Below, one piece after another: positions 1 through 11,074 of a stretch of 64,000 bases of DNA. The DNA comes from Octopus sinensis (Eukaryota), in assembly GCF_006345805.1 (NCBI RefSeq), contig NC_043011.1:47194464-47258463 (forward strand), given 5' to 3'. A program made the translations under genes and the position numbers. The first letter of the stretch is position 1. The number at the start of each line of letters is the position of its first letter. The notes below the pieces were generated by a model. It saw nothing but the letters and a program-made list of their open reading frames with translations, was not told the origin of the DNA and did no database searches.

Positions 1-651
1 TGTACATTTAAATTCAACCTACCTAAACCAGGTCCTTTTTATCTTTTGAATGTTTTGTCATATAACTTAGTTTGGCTTCAGGTGAAACATTTTGAAAATT
101 TCGTGCTGTGAACTTACCTAAAAAGAAAAAAAATGATAATAATAATAATGAAAAATGGAAATAAGAAAATCAATAGATATACAAATAATATTAATGACAA
201 AAACACCAACAAAAGTCAAATATACAAGTCAATGTTACCATTAAGGATTGAAAGACAAAATCCAGTCCTAAAGTTATATAAACATATAATTGTATACATA
301 CTAATAAATGTTAATCTTTTATCTAAATCATAAAATATGCTACATTTACATTTTAGTATCCAGTCAAATGCAAGATCAAGAACAGTGAACCCTCGCCTGC
401 AAAAAAAGTCTCTTAAAGATGAAATTTAAACTTCAAGACCAAAACAGTAATTTATTATAAGCTATACAGCAATGAGTTTGTAAAATTAACCTACTAGCAT
501 ATAAACCAGTCACATCCAGCACTAATATTCTATATGCTTTGTATTATAAAAATAGCCAGATCTAGCATCTCATACCTACCCTAGGGTGTCAGTTTAACCC
601 TAATGTTACCTAGGATATGGTAACAAAAGGGTTACCCTAGAAATATGGTAA

Positions 652-859
652 CCCTTTTGTTACCATATTTCTGGTGAGATACTCTGTGTTTCTTTCAATT
701 AATTTTAAATATAACAAAGAAATTTAGTAAAATAACTTATGTTACGAACCATAAATTGTGACTAAGGTTTGGTGGAAGATTTTAATTAAGAACTTTTGAA
801 AATGAGACACTTGTACCATGGAGCCAGATGTGGTTTCAGGCAGGTTGGTATCAAGAGGG
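652..859. mobile_element. piggyBac-type MITE, family P1
   Basis: CCCTT...AGAGGG termini with TTAA at 860-863; internal sequence matches the P1 copies at 27063, 36145 and 59011. Confidence 0.75.
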
Positions 860-924
860 TTAAGATAATATCCCAGTCTATGAGAAAAAGGAGCTGAATC
901 ACTTGCCCTTTTCTTTCTCTGTTT

Positions 925-1255
925 CATCATCACCGTCATTTAACACCTGTTTCTGTGCTGGCATGGTTTGGATAGTTTCATAGGAGTTGGTAAGGCCAGG
1001 AGCCTTACCAGGTTCCAAAGTCTGTTTAGGCATGGTTTCTGAAGCCATATGCCATTCCTAATGCCAGCCATTTTACAGAATGTGTTGGGTGCTTTTTACA
1101 TGGCACTAGCACAACCGCTCTTCATGGGCAAGCATTACCAAGGTGGGTTTAGGATACCAATTCTGTTCTATTCTGTTGTGGAGGGTGGGTCATCTTGAGT
1201 ACAGCAACTGTGCCAGATACTTTGGTCCTTTGTCATCCTCCTCATAAAGCTCAAT
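925..1255 (-). mobile_element. Degraded SINE family C (LINE-tail type ending in (GAT)n)
   Basis: Weak match to the reverse complement of family C (catcatc...ttaac...gcatgg...cattcctaatgcca). Confidence 0.5.
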
Positions 1256-1684
1256 GTTTCTGGCACAAATATGTCTTCTAACCAATCAATTTAGTTTACT
1301 AGCTATATACAACATTTGAAGATTTCAATGTGGTACTGCAATCCTGATATTCGTTCGCAGTTTCCTCCACCATTTTAATAATTTTGCCTCTCCACCGAAA
1401 ATTTGTTTACTATGCCACCACTTTGCTTGTTCTACTCCTCCAGTCACTCATTTATCTTTATCAATGAGAGAAGGTGAAAAAATGGTGGGCGTGGTGGATG
1501 AGCATACAATTCCTCAAACTGCCCTCTGTACTAGATTGGTTGTTTGTTTATTAACCTTTCAAGGTGAAAGATGGTATTGATCTCAACAAGATTTCACCTG
1601 AGAAGGTAAAACAGGTGAAATTGTAAACTCTGAAGCACCATTGGGTGGTCCATGGATTCCGACACAAACTCTCTTGTCATCTAC

Positions 1685-1717
<33 letters not shown>

Positions 1718-1834
1718 TTATATTATTTGTCACAAAGGTCTAAGATGTTGGGTATAATACAACAGTAAAATACCAAACAAAAAAAAAAAGAAACAGTTGG
1801 GGATTTACAATGATTAAAGGGCGAAATCAATAAC

Positions 1835-1840
<6 letters not shown>

Positions 1841-1873
<33 letters not shown>

Positions 1874-1893
1874 TATTATTATTATTATTATTA
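1841..1893. repeat. (AAT)n/(ATT)n head-to-head palindromic microsatellite
   Basis: AAT run switches to ATT run near 1872. Confidence 0.85.
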
Positions 1894-2330
1894 CAACAAA
1901 ACAACAGAAAATGGATAGAAAAAACAATGTTGCCTATGGCTGATACAAATGTAGATTATACTTAGACTCTAGATGTGAAAAATATATCATGAAACAATAT
2001 CAGTTATGTCAACAATTCAATCACTCTAGTCTTAGTGTGTGTAAGAAAAAGAAACTGTGGTAGAGGGGAAAATAGAGAAGAAAATTACATGCACACAAAC
2101 ATACATACATCCATACACACACATATATTCATACGTACATATATGCCTGTGCGTCAAAGATCAATTCTGTATTCATTTTATCATAGTAAACATCGTATAC
2201 ATTTGACACCATAATTCAAAAATGGCTCACCAGTGGCTTGGTTAATGAAATATAATTCGATATTTTCTTATAAATGTCAATTATAAAAACAAAAGGTTTA
2301 CATCTACCCATCTGCCTGCCTGTCCGCCTG

Positions 2331-2361
<31 letters not shown>

Positions 2362-2362
<1 letters not shown>

Positions 2363-2811
2363 GGCATGGCTCGAGAAACACGGGGCCGACCTGCCTGAGA
2401 TGCGGGCAGAGCGACGAAACCGCTCTGCACGCAATCGTGCAGTGTCCAGCAATTTCCCACCTGTGGGCTTATGTCGAACGACTACTGTCACGTGTGGGAC
2501 GAGTCGGTTTATCAGCCGAGTCTATCGTTAATATCGTCACGCCTCCTTCCTTCAAACGGGAATGAAGAGCTATTTTTATCATACTTGTGGCTATGTCGAA
2601 AGAATGTATCTGGTGGACGCGCCTGAAAGGATTAGAGACAAACACTTTCCTCTCTGGTCAATCTCTCATCAACTTCTTCAAGTATCACTTGAAGAAAAAA
2701 GTGAGAGTAGAGAGGCAAGTTTTGTCTAGTGAATGTTTTAAAAAAAGATGGGTGAATGTAGCAAGGATGGCACGTATGAATGACGAAGCCACCTTGACTA
2801 TGATTCTATGA
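2362..2811 (+). pseudogene. 5'-truncated L1/Tx1-clade LINE ORF2 C-terminus (zf-RVT-like CCHC finger)
   Basis: Frame 1 reads RHGSRNTGPTCLRCGQSDETALHAIVQCPAISHLWAYVERLL...KRE*RAIFIILVAMSKECIWWTRL...RWVNVARM; the CxxC-x3-ET-x2-H-x4-C-x6-W pattern is typical of the L1/Tx1 ORF2 end; one in-frame TGA at 2563-2565. Confidence 0.85.
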
Positions 2812-3165
2812 ACCGTAAAAATTAATACAGAGAGTTGCTTATTTGCAAAATTACCTTGTAATTTGTTCTATCTGTGTGCAGCCCTATGTGGCTAATAAAG
2901 AAACATATCTATCTATCTTTTCCTCTTCCCCTTTTTACCCCACCCTCCTTTTTTTTTCATTTCTCTTTTCTTTTGTTCCTTTTCCATTTTTTATTTTTTG
3001 TTCTTTTTTCCCCTTTTACGATCCCTTTTGATCAAAAACCTATGCCACCTTTTTTTTTGTTTCCTTTGATTTTTTGTTTTTTGTTTTTTTTCATCCACCA
3101 AAAGAAAAGCTCTACCTTGTAACTTGTCCCATCTGTGTGCAGCCCTGTGTGGCCAATAAAGAAAC
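2362..3165 (+). mobile_element. Two tandem 3' ends of a Tx1-like LINE inside a (TATC)n array
   Basis: Tail ccttgtaa...agccct.tgtggc.aataaagaaac occurs at 2854-2904 and 3115-3165, each followed by TATC repeats; (CTAT)n also precedes at 2331-2362. Confidence 0.75.
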
Positions 3166-3166
<1 letters not shown>

Positions 3167-3239
<73 letters not shown>

Positions 3240-3244
3240 GTCTG

Positions 3245-3285
<41 letters not shown>

Positions 3286-3294
3286 GTATCTATG

Positions 3295-3327
<33 letters not shown>

Positions 3328-3388
3328 ATCTATCTATCTATCTATCTCTATCTGTCTATCTATCTATCTATCTATCTATCTCTATCTG

Positions 3389-3450
<62 letters not shown>

Positions 3451-3452
3451 CA
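3167..3452. repeat. (TATC)n / (GATA)n microsatellite
   Basis: About 70 tandem tetramers. Confidence 0.95.
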
Positions 3453-3954
3453 TCCATTTGTCTGTGTCATCACTGTAACTGTTTTTAATGTTGAGGTTTC
3501 CATACCTGCACAGATCAGATGAAATTCTTCAAGGCAGGTTTTTCTACCACTGGATACCCTTCCTGTTGGCAACCCTTATCTATTTTTCTCATTATTGATC
3601 AGATTTCATTGTGTTGTGGAAGGATTCTGACCACCACCAAGTGACTAATGTGGACTGACTCATTGTTATAAAACAGACAACTGTCAGCAATTGACAGCTC
3701 ATGCTGGTAGCAGTTCACTGAACTGTTGATAGAGAGCGTTGAGTCTCATGTAATAGTAATAGTAGTGCATCGTGAATATACTTCCTTCCACCTGCTTCGT
3801 TAAATTATATTTCCAATACAAGGATATAAAACATAGGAAGATTGGAAATGAATGATACTGACTGCATAATGGTGACACTTGTTTACAGCTATTTAACAAT
3901 GTCAAGACAGGGAGGAACCATCACATACATGTATGCATACATGCATATATAACA

Positions 3955-4092
3955 GAAGGTTTACGAAAATAAACAAAAGACGAAGGCAGGTGGAGTACAA
4001 ACAAATAATGTATTAGTATGGCGCTCAGGAATATAAATAAAACAAGTCTTTTACGTTTCGAGCCTACGCTCTTTGACAGAAAGATACACGAG
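3955..4092 (-). mobile_element. Short Penelope-like repeat carrying a hammerhead-like motif (same family as 30908-31085)
   Basis: Shares gaagagcgtaggctcgaaacgtaaaa and attcctgagcg...taatac blocks with 30908-31085. Confidence 0.6.
4047..4084 (-). ncRNA. Minimal type-I hammerhead-like motif, variant core
   Basis: UCUUU-CUGUCAA-A-GAGC(GUAG)GCUC-GAAAC-GUA-AAAGA: 5-bp stem I and 4-bp stem II, but the core deviates from CUGANGA. Confidence 0.5.
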
Positions 4093-4146
4093 TTTTCATT
4101 AAAATTGTCCGACGAACAGGATTTGCGATAATTTTGTAGCTGTAAT

Positions 4147-4189
<43 letters not shown>

Positions 4190-4222
4190 CATAAAGGATG
4201 ATGATGATGATGATATATATGT

Positions 4223-4518
4223 GGAGGCGCAATGGCCCAGTGGCTAGAGCAGCGGACTTGTGGTCGGAGGATCACAGTTTCAATTCCCAGACTGGGCGTT
4301 GTGTGTGTTTATCGAGCAAAAACACCTAAAGCTCCACGAGGCTCCAGCAGGGGGTGGTGGCGACCCTTGTTGTACTCTTTCACTCCAACTTTCTCTCACT
4401 CTTTCTTCCTGTTTCTTGAGAAACGCTGTGATGCACTGGCATCCTATAGAGCTGGTGGGGAACACATACGCCACAGAAACCGGGCCCATGAGCCTGGCTA
4501 GGTTTGAAAAGGGCGCAT
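4223..4518 (+). mobile_element. tRNA-derived SINE family E with a V-domain-like segment
   Basis: A box (tggcccagtgg) and B-box-like ggtttcaattcc; ctgtgatgcactggcatcc resembles the V-SINE core ctgcgatggactggcg; (AT)n tail. Confidence 0.8.
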
Positions 4519-4539
4519 AAATAATATATATATATATAT

Positions 4540-4780
4540 ATTCAGTTTTATGTATTGCTAAATGTCCGTCAACTTTGGGAATAAGTAAAATACAGAGAAA
4601 AGTTTTAATCCGAAAAATTCAAATATGATCGAGAAAATTTTAGTTTACAGAAAATGACGTAATGAGCCATTGCTGTTTTAACTCTTGAGAAAGAAAAGGA
4701 AGTAGAAAGGAAGTAAATACTTATATGAAAAACTTTTTTGTATCCATGCTTGTATGCACATATACATACACAGATGCACA
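4540..4780 (-). mobile_element. Older copy of a ~230-bp repeat, inverted relative to 5750-5994
   Basis: Aligns to the reverse complement of 5750-5990 (gctaaatgtccgtcaactttgggaat...). Confidence 0.75.
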
Positions 4781-5097
4781 CACACATATATATATACATA
4801 TATATATATATGTATGTATCTGTGTATGTATATGTGCATACGAGCATGAATACAATATATATATATATATATACATATGCACTTATACATATGTGCTCAC
4901 ACATGCACATCCAAGGATGTGGGTATATACGTGTAACTAGATACATGTTCATACACATGCAAATATTGATGAATACATACATATATGTATACAGACTCAT
5001 ATATATATTGGCACACACACACATGTATACATAAATATATGCACATAGCATAGATAAATAAGTGCATATATTCGTAAGTAAAGCGAAGTTTGACATA

Positions 5098-5137
<40 letters not shown>

Positions 5138-5525
5138 AAGTAAATTTATACACGCACATACATATACACACATACAGATACATATATGTGTGCATACACA
5201 CATATAAACATACACCCTTATACACGTATACACAAATTCACATTAATATATACATACACCTATAAAAAAATAAAAAAACACAAAAAATGCAAATGCACGC
5301 TGATAGAGATATAGACATATGTATATCTCTACGCATATATACATATACACACATGCACATACATGTGCATGTGTGCATATATATATAAGTTGCTATACAT
5401 ATATGTATGTATTCATCAATACGTGTACATATGCGCATGTATTTAGTTCATTTATATACTCACATACTTGGATGTGCATGTGTGAGCGTGTATAAGTGTA
5501 TATATATGTGTATATATATATATAT

Positions 5526-5589
<64 letters not shown>

Positions 5590-5641
5590 ACATATGTGTA
5601 TATATATATATATATATATATGTATACATATATATGTATAC

Positions 5642-5688
<47 letters not shown>

Positions 5689-5749
5689 ATATATATTATA
5701 TATATGTATATATATATGTATTTATATATATATGTATATACATACACAT

Positions 5750-5994
5750 GTGTATCTGTATATGTATATGTGTGTATGAGTGCGAATACAAAAAACTTTT
5801 CGTCTAAGTATCACCTTCCTTTCTACTTCCGTTTCTTTCTCAACAGTTAAAACAGTAATGGCTCCTTACGTCATTTTCTCTAAGCAAGAATTTTCACGTT
5901 CGTATTTGAAATTTTCGCGTTTCAACTTTTCTCTGTTTTTTTACTCATTCCCAAAGTTGACGGACATTTAGCGAACGTAAAACTGAATTTCTAG
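5750..5994 (+). mobile_element. Younger copy of the ~230-bp repeat, ending ...aactgaatttCTAG|T (Helitron-like 3' end)
   Basis: CpG-rich version of 4540-4780; 3' CTAG followed by T. Confidence 0.55.
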
Positions 5995-6027
5995 TGAAAC
6001 TTTTTATGTTTTTTTTTATTTCTTTAT

Positions 6028-6069
6028 GTACCCGAAGAGACCCAGAATGGGTTGAAACATGTGTCATAC
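6028..6069 (+). ncRNA. Degenerate hammerhead relic
   Basis: CCGAAGA-GACCC(AGAAU)GGGUU-GAAAC-AUGU-GUC; U4 to C change and imperfect stem I. Confidence 0.35.
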
Positions 6070-6378
6070 TAAATAAAATCTTTTAATCCCATCTATTTAA
6101 TAGACATAATGTTATATGAAAGGACAAATAAAAATGATGATAAATGAGGGAAACAAGCAACACCTGCTGATTGCTGGTCACCCGAGAACATTGATGGGTT
6201 TCTTTCAGTTTCCATCCAGCACATCCATTCACAAAGCTTTGCTTGATACAGGGCCATAGTTACAAAACAATTGTCCAAGGTGATTTGTAGTGGGACTGAA
6301 TTTAGAACTTCATAGTGAGGGAGCAAGTCCCTTTACTCTACAGCTATGCATGAAGTTACATATATATATATATATATA

Positions 6379-6671
6379 TATACTCAAAATAAGCAACAAG
6401 GATATCCATGGTAGTGAAGGACCTTCTACTACCATGTTCTTAATGATGAAATTAACCTCTCTGTCTATATATCTACCCTCTTTGTAATGTTGGCAAATGG
6501 AATAAGTATAAAAATGAACTTTGTCTATTTAATTAAAAAATTCTCTATCTGGCTGAAGAGTGATCTGCATTTTAAAACTGATGTAATACTTACATTGTTT
6601 AATAAAATGAAGTAGCATGAAACGATTGTACTACACTTCCTTGGATATCCTTGTTGCTTATTTTGATTATA
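6379..6671. mobile_element. MITE with 38-bp terminal inverted repeats
   Basis: 6379-6416 vs reverse complement of 6634-6671: 35/38 identical; TA context. Confidence 0.8.
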
Positions 6672-6769
6672 ATCACTCCATTTGATTTATATGGATAGTA
6701 CCATACCAAATTCTGGTGCCTTTAACTTAAGTACCATATTCATCTGAATCTAAATTTTGCTGAACTTAT

Positions 6770-7170
6770 ATATATAAATGCTGGTGGCACACAATAAGTG
6801 CCATGCATGCATGGGTTGTTGCCAATGCTGCCTGACTGGCTCCCCATGCTGGTGGCATGTAAAATGTACCATCTGAACATGGTCGATGCCATTTTCCCTG
6901 CCCCAGTTGGCTCCTGTGCCTATATCATGTAAAAAGCACCATCTCAATGTGGCCGATGCCAGTGCTGCCTGACTGGCTCCTATGCTGGTGGCACGTAAAA
7001 TGTACCCACTACACTCTCGGAGTGGTTGGCTTTAGGAAGGGCATCCAGCTGTAGAAACACTGCCAGATCAGATTGGAGTCTGATGTGGCCACCTGGCTTG
7101 CCGATCCCCAGTCAAACCGTCCAACCCATGCCAGCATGGAAAACAGACGTTAAACGATGATGATGATGAT
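6770..7170 (+). mobile_element. SINE family C
   Basis: gctggtggcacgtaaaa repeats, ggctttaggaagggcatccagctgtagaaac, (GAT)n tail. Confidence 0.8.
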
Positions 7171-7436
7171 GTGTGTTTGTGTGTGTGTACATATTTTGAC
7201 ACACACATACAAACTGATATATGTTTGAAGGTGTGCAAAAGCATGTGTATACTTCCGGCTTTCAGTGTTTCAGCTAATTGAGATGAATAATTAAATTACA
7301 CAATTTAATTCATCTTCCCCTCTTTAATTATAATGTGTCATTAATAAATATGACATACAGATCACAGTGAATTTAATAAAAATGTATATATCTTTTATAA
7401 AACTAACATAAAACAAAATGTAAATACACATTTTAT

Positions 7437-7920
7437 CTTTTACTTGTTTCAGTCGTTAGACTGGGGCATCCTTTGATGAATTTTGGTCAAATGAATTGCC
7501 CCAATATCAATAATTTTGTCTTAAGCCTTGTACTTATTCTATCAGTCTCTTTTGCTGAACTGTTATGATAGAGGGATGTAAACACATCCCTCTATCATAG
7601 AAGGTGGTGAGCTGGCAGAAACGTTAGCGTACCAGGAGAAATGCTTAGAGGTATTTCGTCTGCCACTACGTTATGAGTTCAAATTCCGCAGAGGTCGACT
7701 TTGCCTTTCACCCTTTTGGGGGGGGGGGTCAATTAAATAAGTACCAGTTACGTACTGGGGTCGATATAAACGACTTAATCAGTTTGTCTGTCTTTGTTTG
7801 TCCCCTCTGTATGTAGCCCCTTGTGGGCAGTAAAGAAATAAGAGGGATGTAAACACATCAACTTCAGTTTTCAAGCAGTTTTGGGAAGAAACACAGACAC
7901 AAAGATAAACACACATGTAG
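7437..7920 (-). mobile_element. SINE family A 3' half, interrupted by a family B copy
   Basis: cttttacttgtttcagtc...gggatgtaaacacatc...tttgggaagaaacacagacac. Confidence 0.7.
7602..7840 (+). mobile_element. SINE family B (tRNA-like head, gtcgactttgcctttca core, Tx1-like tail)
   Basis: Full length; 19-bp TSD agagggatgtaaacacatc at 7570-7588 and 7841-7859. Confidence 0.9.
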
Positions 7921-8015
7921 ATATATATATGTGTGTGTGCGTTCATCCATCCATCCATCCATCCATATATATGTATATATATATCTGTAATATGTGATAG
8001 TTATTCAGTAGCCAT

Positions 8016-8076
8016 GATAAAAGTCCGACTTTCGGATGTCAGGGTGGAAATCCACACCGCCATATCTTCAGTTATC
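8016..8076 (-). ncRNA. Type-I hammerhead-like motif with long stem II
   Basis: GAUAA-CUGAAGA-[31-nt imperfect hairpin, 11/13 pairs]-GAAA-GUC-G-GAC-U-U-UUAUC: perfect 5-bp stem I and palindromic stem III; base of stem II mispaired. Confidence 0.55.
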
Positions 8077-8315
8077 CGGACATCGGAAAAGATGCTATGA
8101 AAATGACCGTTAAACAAAGGGAAATTACTGTATGATTGACCGTTATTAAGACAAAAGAGCTATTTGAATGACCCCAAAGTGAGGGGAGGAAGTAAAAGTA
8201 AGGGAGTTCATAGTATTCGCATAAGCAAGCATGTCCATACCAACACATGCACACCCGCACATCCATGTATATGTGCCTATAAGTATAATTGTCACATATT
8301 ACAGATAAATTCCTC

Positions 8316-8372
8316 TATTTACATAATACCAAGGTCTCTTTCATTCTTTTGTTGTCTTACCATTTCTATCAA
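8316..8372 (+). repeat. Short dispersed repeat; inverted partner at 9471-9527
   Basis: tatttacataat..aggtctcttt..ttcttttgtt.tcttacc. Confidence 0.65.
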
Positions 8373-8605
8373 AAACAAAAAATAATATATATATATATAT
8401 TATATATATATATATATATAAGAACACGACTTTTTCGTTGTTTAAGAAAAAAATCCATTTCCTTGTTTTGTGTTTATGTTTTCATTTCTCATTGTGTTCG
8501 ACGTTTTTTTGGTGTCCTTTACCCATATATGCATGTATATATACATGTAGAGGTAGGTACGTACATATATGTATGTATATATGCATATGTTTTATTTATT
8601 TATTA

Positions 8606-8639
<34 letters not shown>

Positions 8640-8643
<4 letters not shown>

Positions 8644-8810
8644 CACGCTTCTTTCAGCTTCAATCTATCAAATCCACTCACAAGGCTTAGGTCAGCCCGA
8701 GGCTATAGTAGAAGACATTTGCCCAAGGTGGAATGCCATGTATCTGAACCCCAGACCATGTGGTTGGGAAGCAAACACCTTACCACACAGCTATGCCTGG
8801 GCCATATATA
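8640..8810 (-). mobile_element. SINE family A 5' half (tRNA head plus CORE-like ccttgggcaa segment)
   Basis: Reverse complement of gctgtgtggtaag...ccttgggcaaatgtcttctactatagcc. Confidence 0.8.
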
Positions 8811-9079
8811 TTAGATGATGTTTTTTCTATGCTGCCCATTTAGCAACATTTACATATTATATAGTTCATGAATTTAACGATTATGAATGTCTTGCCAATT
8901 TTCCATGCCTACATCTCTCTTTCCTCTTTCCTTCTTCCACTCTCTCTTTCTATATATGTAAGCTCAGTTTCTGAGAAATTGTAGATTCATTTCACTCAAT
9001 AAAAACTGAAAATCCTGTGAAAAATTAGATTGAATTGAATACCTACGAAATGTATTTTTTCTTACTTTTTTAAGTTAAA

Positions 9080-9256
9080 TTTTATATTTACACACAGACA
9101 CACATGTGTCTATGTATGTATCTATGTATGTGTGTTTATGTACATGTGTGTATGTATATATGTATGTATGCATATATATAGAGAGAGAGATAGACAGACA
9201 GAGGCACACATGCATGTGTATAAATATATATATGCATATGTATCTATATGTAAATA

Positions 9257-9320
<64 letters not shown>

Positions 9321-9386
9321 TATACATATGTGTGTATATATACATATGCAAATACATTTATATAAATATACAAATATGTATGTATG

Positions 9387-9440
<54 letters not shown>

Positions 9441-9660
9441 CATACAAATATATATATATATATATATATATTGGTAAAAACGGTAAGATAACAAAAGAAA
9501 GAAAGAGACCTCAATATTATGTAAATACACACATATATCTATACATATATATATCTACACATACATATGTATATCTATATATATGTATATCTACACATAC
9601 ATATGTGTGTGTATATATATATGTATATATATATGTATGTATACATATACATATAAGAAA
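9080..9660. repeat. Compound (TA)/(CA)/(TATG) microsatellite field
   Basis: Direct inspection; source of the YI/HT-repeat ORFs. Confidence 0.9.
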
Positions 9661-9856
9661 TGAAAAGAAAATTCTTTTCAGTAAATACTTTTAAAGCATT
9701 AATTTTATTGAAACCATCATACACGCTACTACTACTGCTTCCTACCACCACCACTACCATCTTTCTTTGATTACGATTTCTTTTTGTACAAATCTTTTTG
9801 CAAATGTCGCATATTTATCGAAAAGGAGTAAAAACAAATACACAAAAGACATGCAG

Positions 9857-9897
<41 letters not shown>

Positions 9898-10257
9898 TTC
9901 TGGGTATGCTGGTTTTTGTGAACAAGCTTTACTTGGCCATAAATGGAATGCAATCTAAATGTAAGTTGTGCAGTGTGTGGCAAATTTTAACTATTTATAT
10001 GTGTTTTTTTAAAATGCATGAGCTGCATCAGTACAGCAAATTCTAGTCCAATACAGGAAATGAAAAAAGTTCACTTCACTTGAGGATCTGTAAGAAGCTA
10101 TCCATGTAAACTTAGAAATCACCACGTTCTTGAGCAAAGCTGGTTCCTTTATATTCAAGGATGGGAAAGAAGTGAAAACTTTTGGGCAAGAAGTGTCGTC
10201 AGTGATCAAGAGAAAGAAACCTTTTTAGTAATCACAGCAGCATCCCTGCCTTCCTGA

Positions 10258-10650
10258 GCTAGTTTTCCACCACATTTCTTAAAAATCGTGGTAGAGGCCT
10301 TGGTTTGGGGGTCACTCATGTCTAGAAACTGAGGTTGGGGGTAAGCAAGGGCATGCTCCCCAAAGAAAAGCCAGCTTCACAAAAGCCTCATGATAGCAAA
10401 GGAGCTAGCTCAAAGGTTGGGGTGGGCTGCACGTACCTTCATCAGTTGCTATGGTATTGAGGTAGATCCAAGAACATGTTCCCCAAAGAAAAGCCAGCTT
10501 CACAAAAGCCTCATGATAGCAAAGGAGCCAGCTCAAAGGTTGGGGTGGGCTGCACCTGTCTACATCAGTTGCTATGGTATTGAGGTAGATTTGACCACCC
10601 CCATTAACGGGGGCAAAACCTGGAATTGAAACACTGGATGATGATGATGA
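10258..10650 (+). mobile_element. Retroposon 3' fragment with (GAT)n tail and an internal 123-bp-period tandem duplication
   Basis: 10352-10467 repeated at 10475-10590; ends ggatgatgatgatga. Confidence 0.6.
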
Positions 10651-11074
10651 GTAGCAATGTTCATCAAGCAGAACCAGGGCATTCTGTTAACATTCCCAGG
10701 TGATTGATTGATGAATGTTATCACTTTGTTGATCAAGGCAATGGGAACTACAATCTGAAATGTGGTGCATGAGGATATAATGTAGGTCTATTTCACATCT
10801 AGTTAGATATGAGAGAACTGTTTGATTATGTGGCCCCTCTAACATCGCATACGTGGCCTCCTAATTATTTTGATTTGAAATATCCTGGAATGCTACATCT
10901 AAGGTATCATTTGGAAGGTGGAGTTGGATGGTTCCCAGGGCTATTGTTGAAGGAATTTACCCAAGCTGCAACAAAGTGGGATCGAACCTGAAACCATGCA
11001 GTTGGGAAGAAAACCACACAGCCATGCCTACACTGTGTGTGTGTGCATGTGTGTGTGTGTGTGTGCATGCTTCT

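Noticed and set aside
2363-2377. ggcatggctcgagaa at the LINE 5' junction matches the family E SINE tail
   Set aside because: The bases are in frame with the LINE ORF (RHGSR) and the match is only 15 nt; treated as coincidence.
3074-3522. ORFs of YLSI/IYLS repeats, and all YI-, HT-, CV-, N- and I-repeat ORFs elsewhere (e.g. 5407-5850, 9075-9694, 22897-23727, 33872-34455, 44372-44681)
   Set aside because: Translations of stop-free microsatellites; no coding signal.
4223-4290. tRNA-like sequences here and at other SINE heads
   Set aside because: They have A/B boxes but no complete cloverleaf and continue into SINE bodies, so they are not tRNA genes.
10009-10257. Three overlapping open frames, one with a P450-like PxLxIxEPxLLK pattern and one with a thioredoxin-like FKDGKEV
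   Set aside because: The resemblances are short, lie on opposite strands and do not extend; no convincing splice pair.
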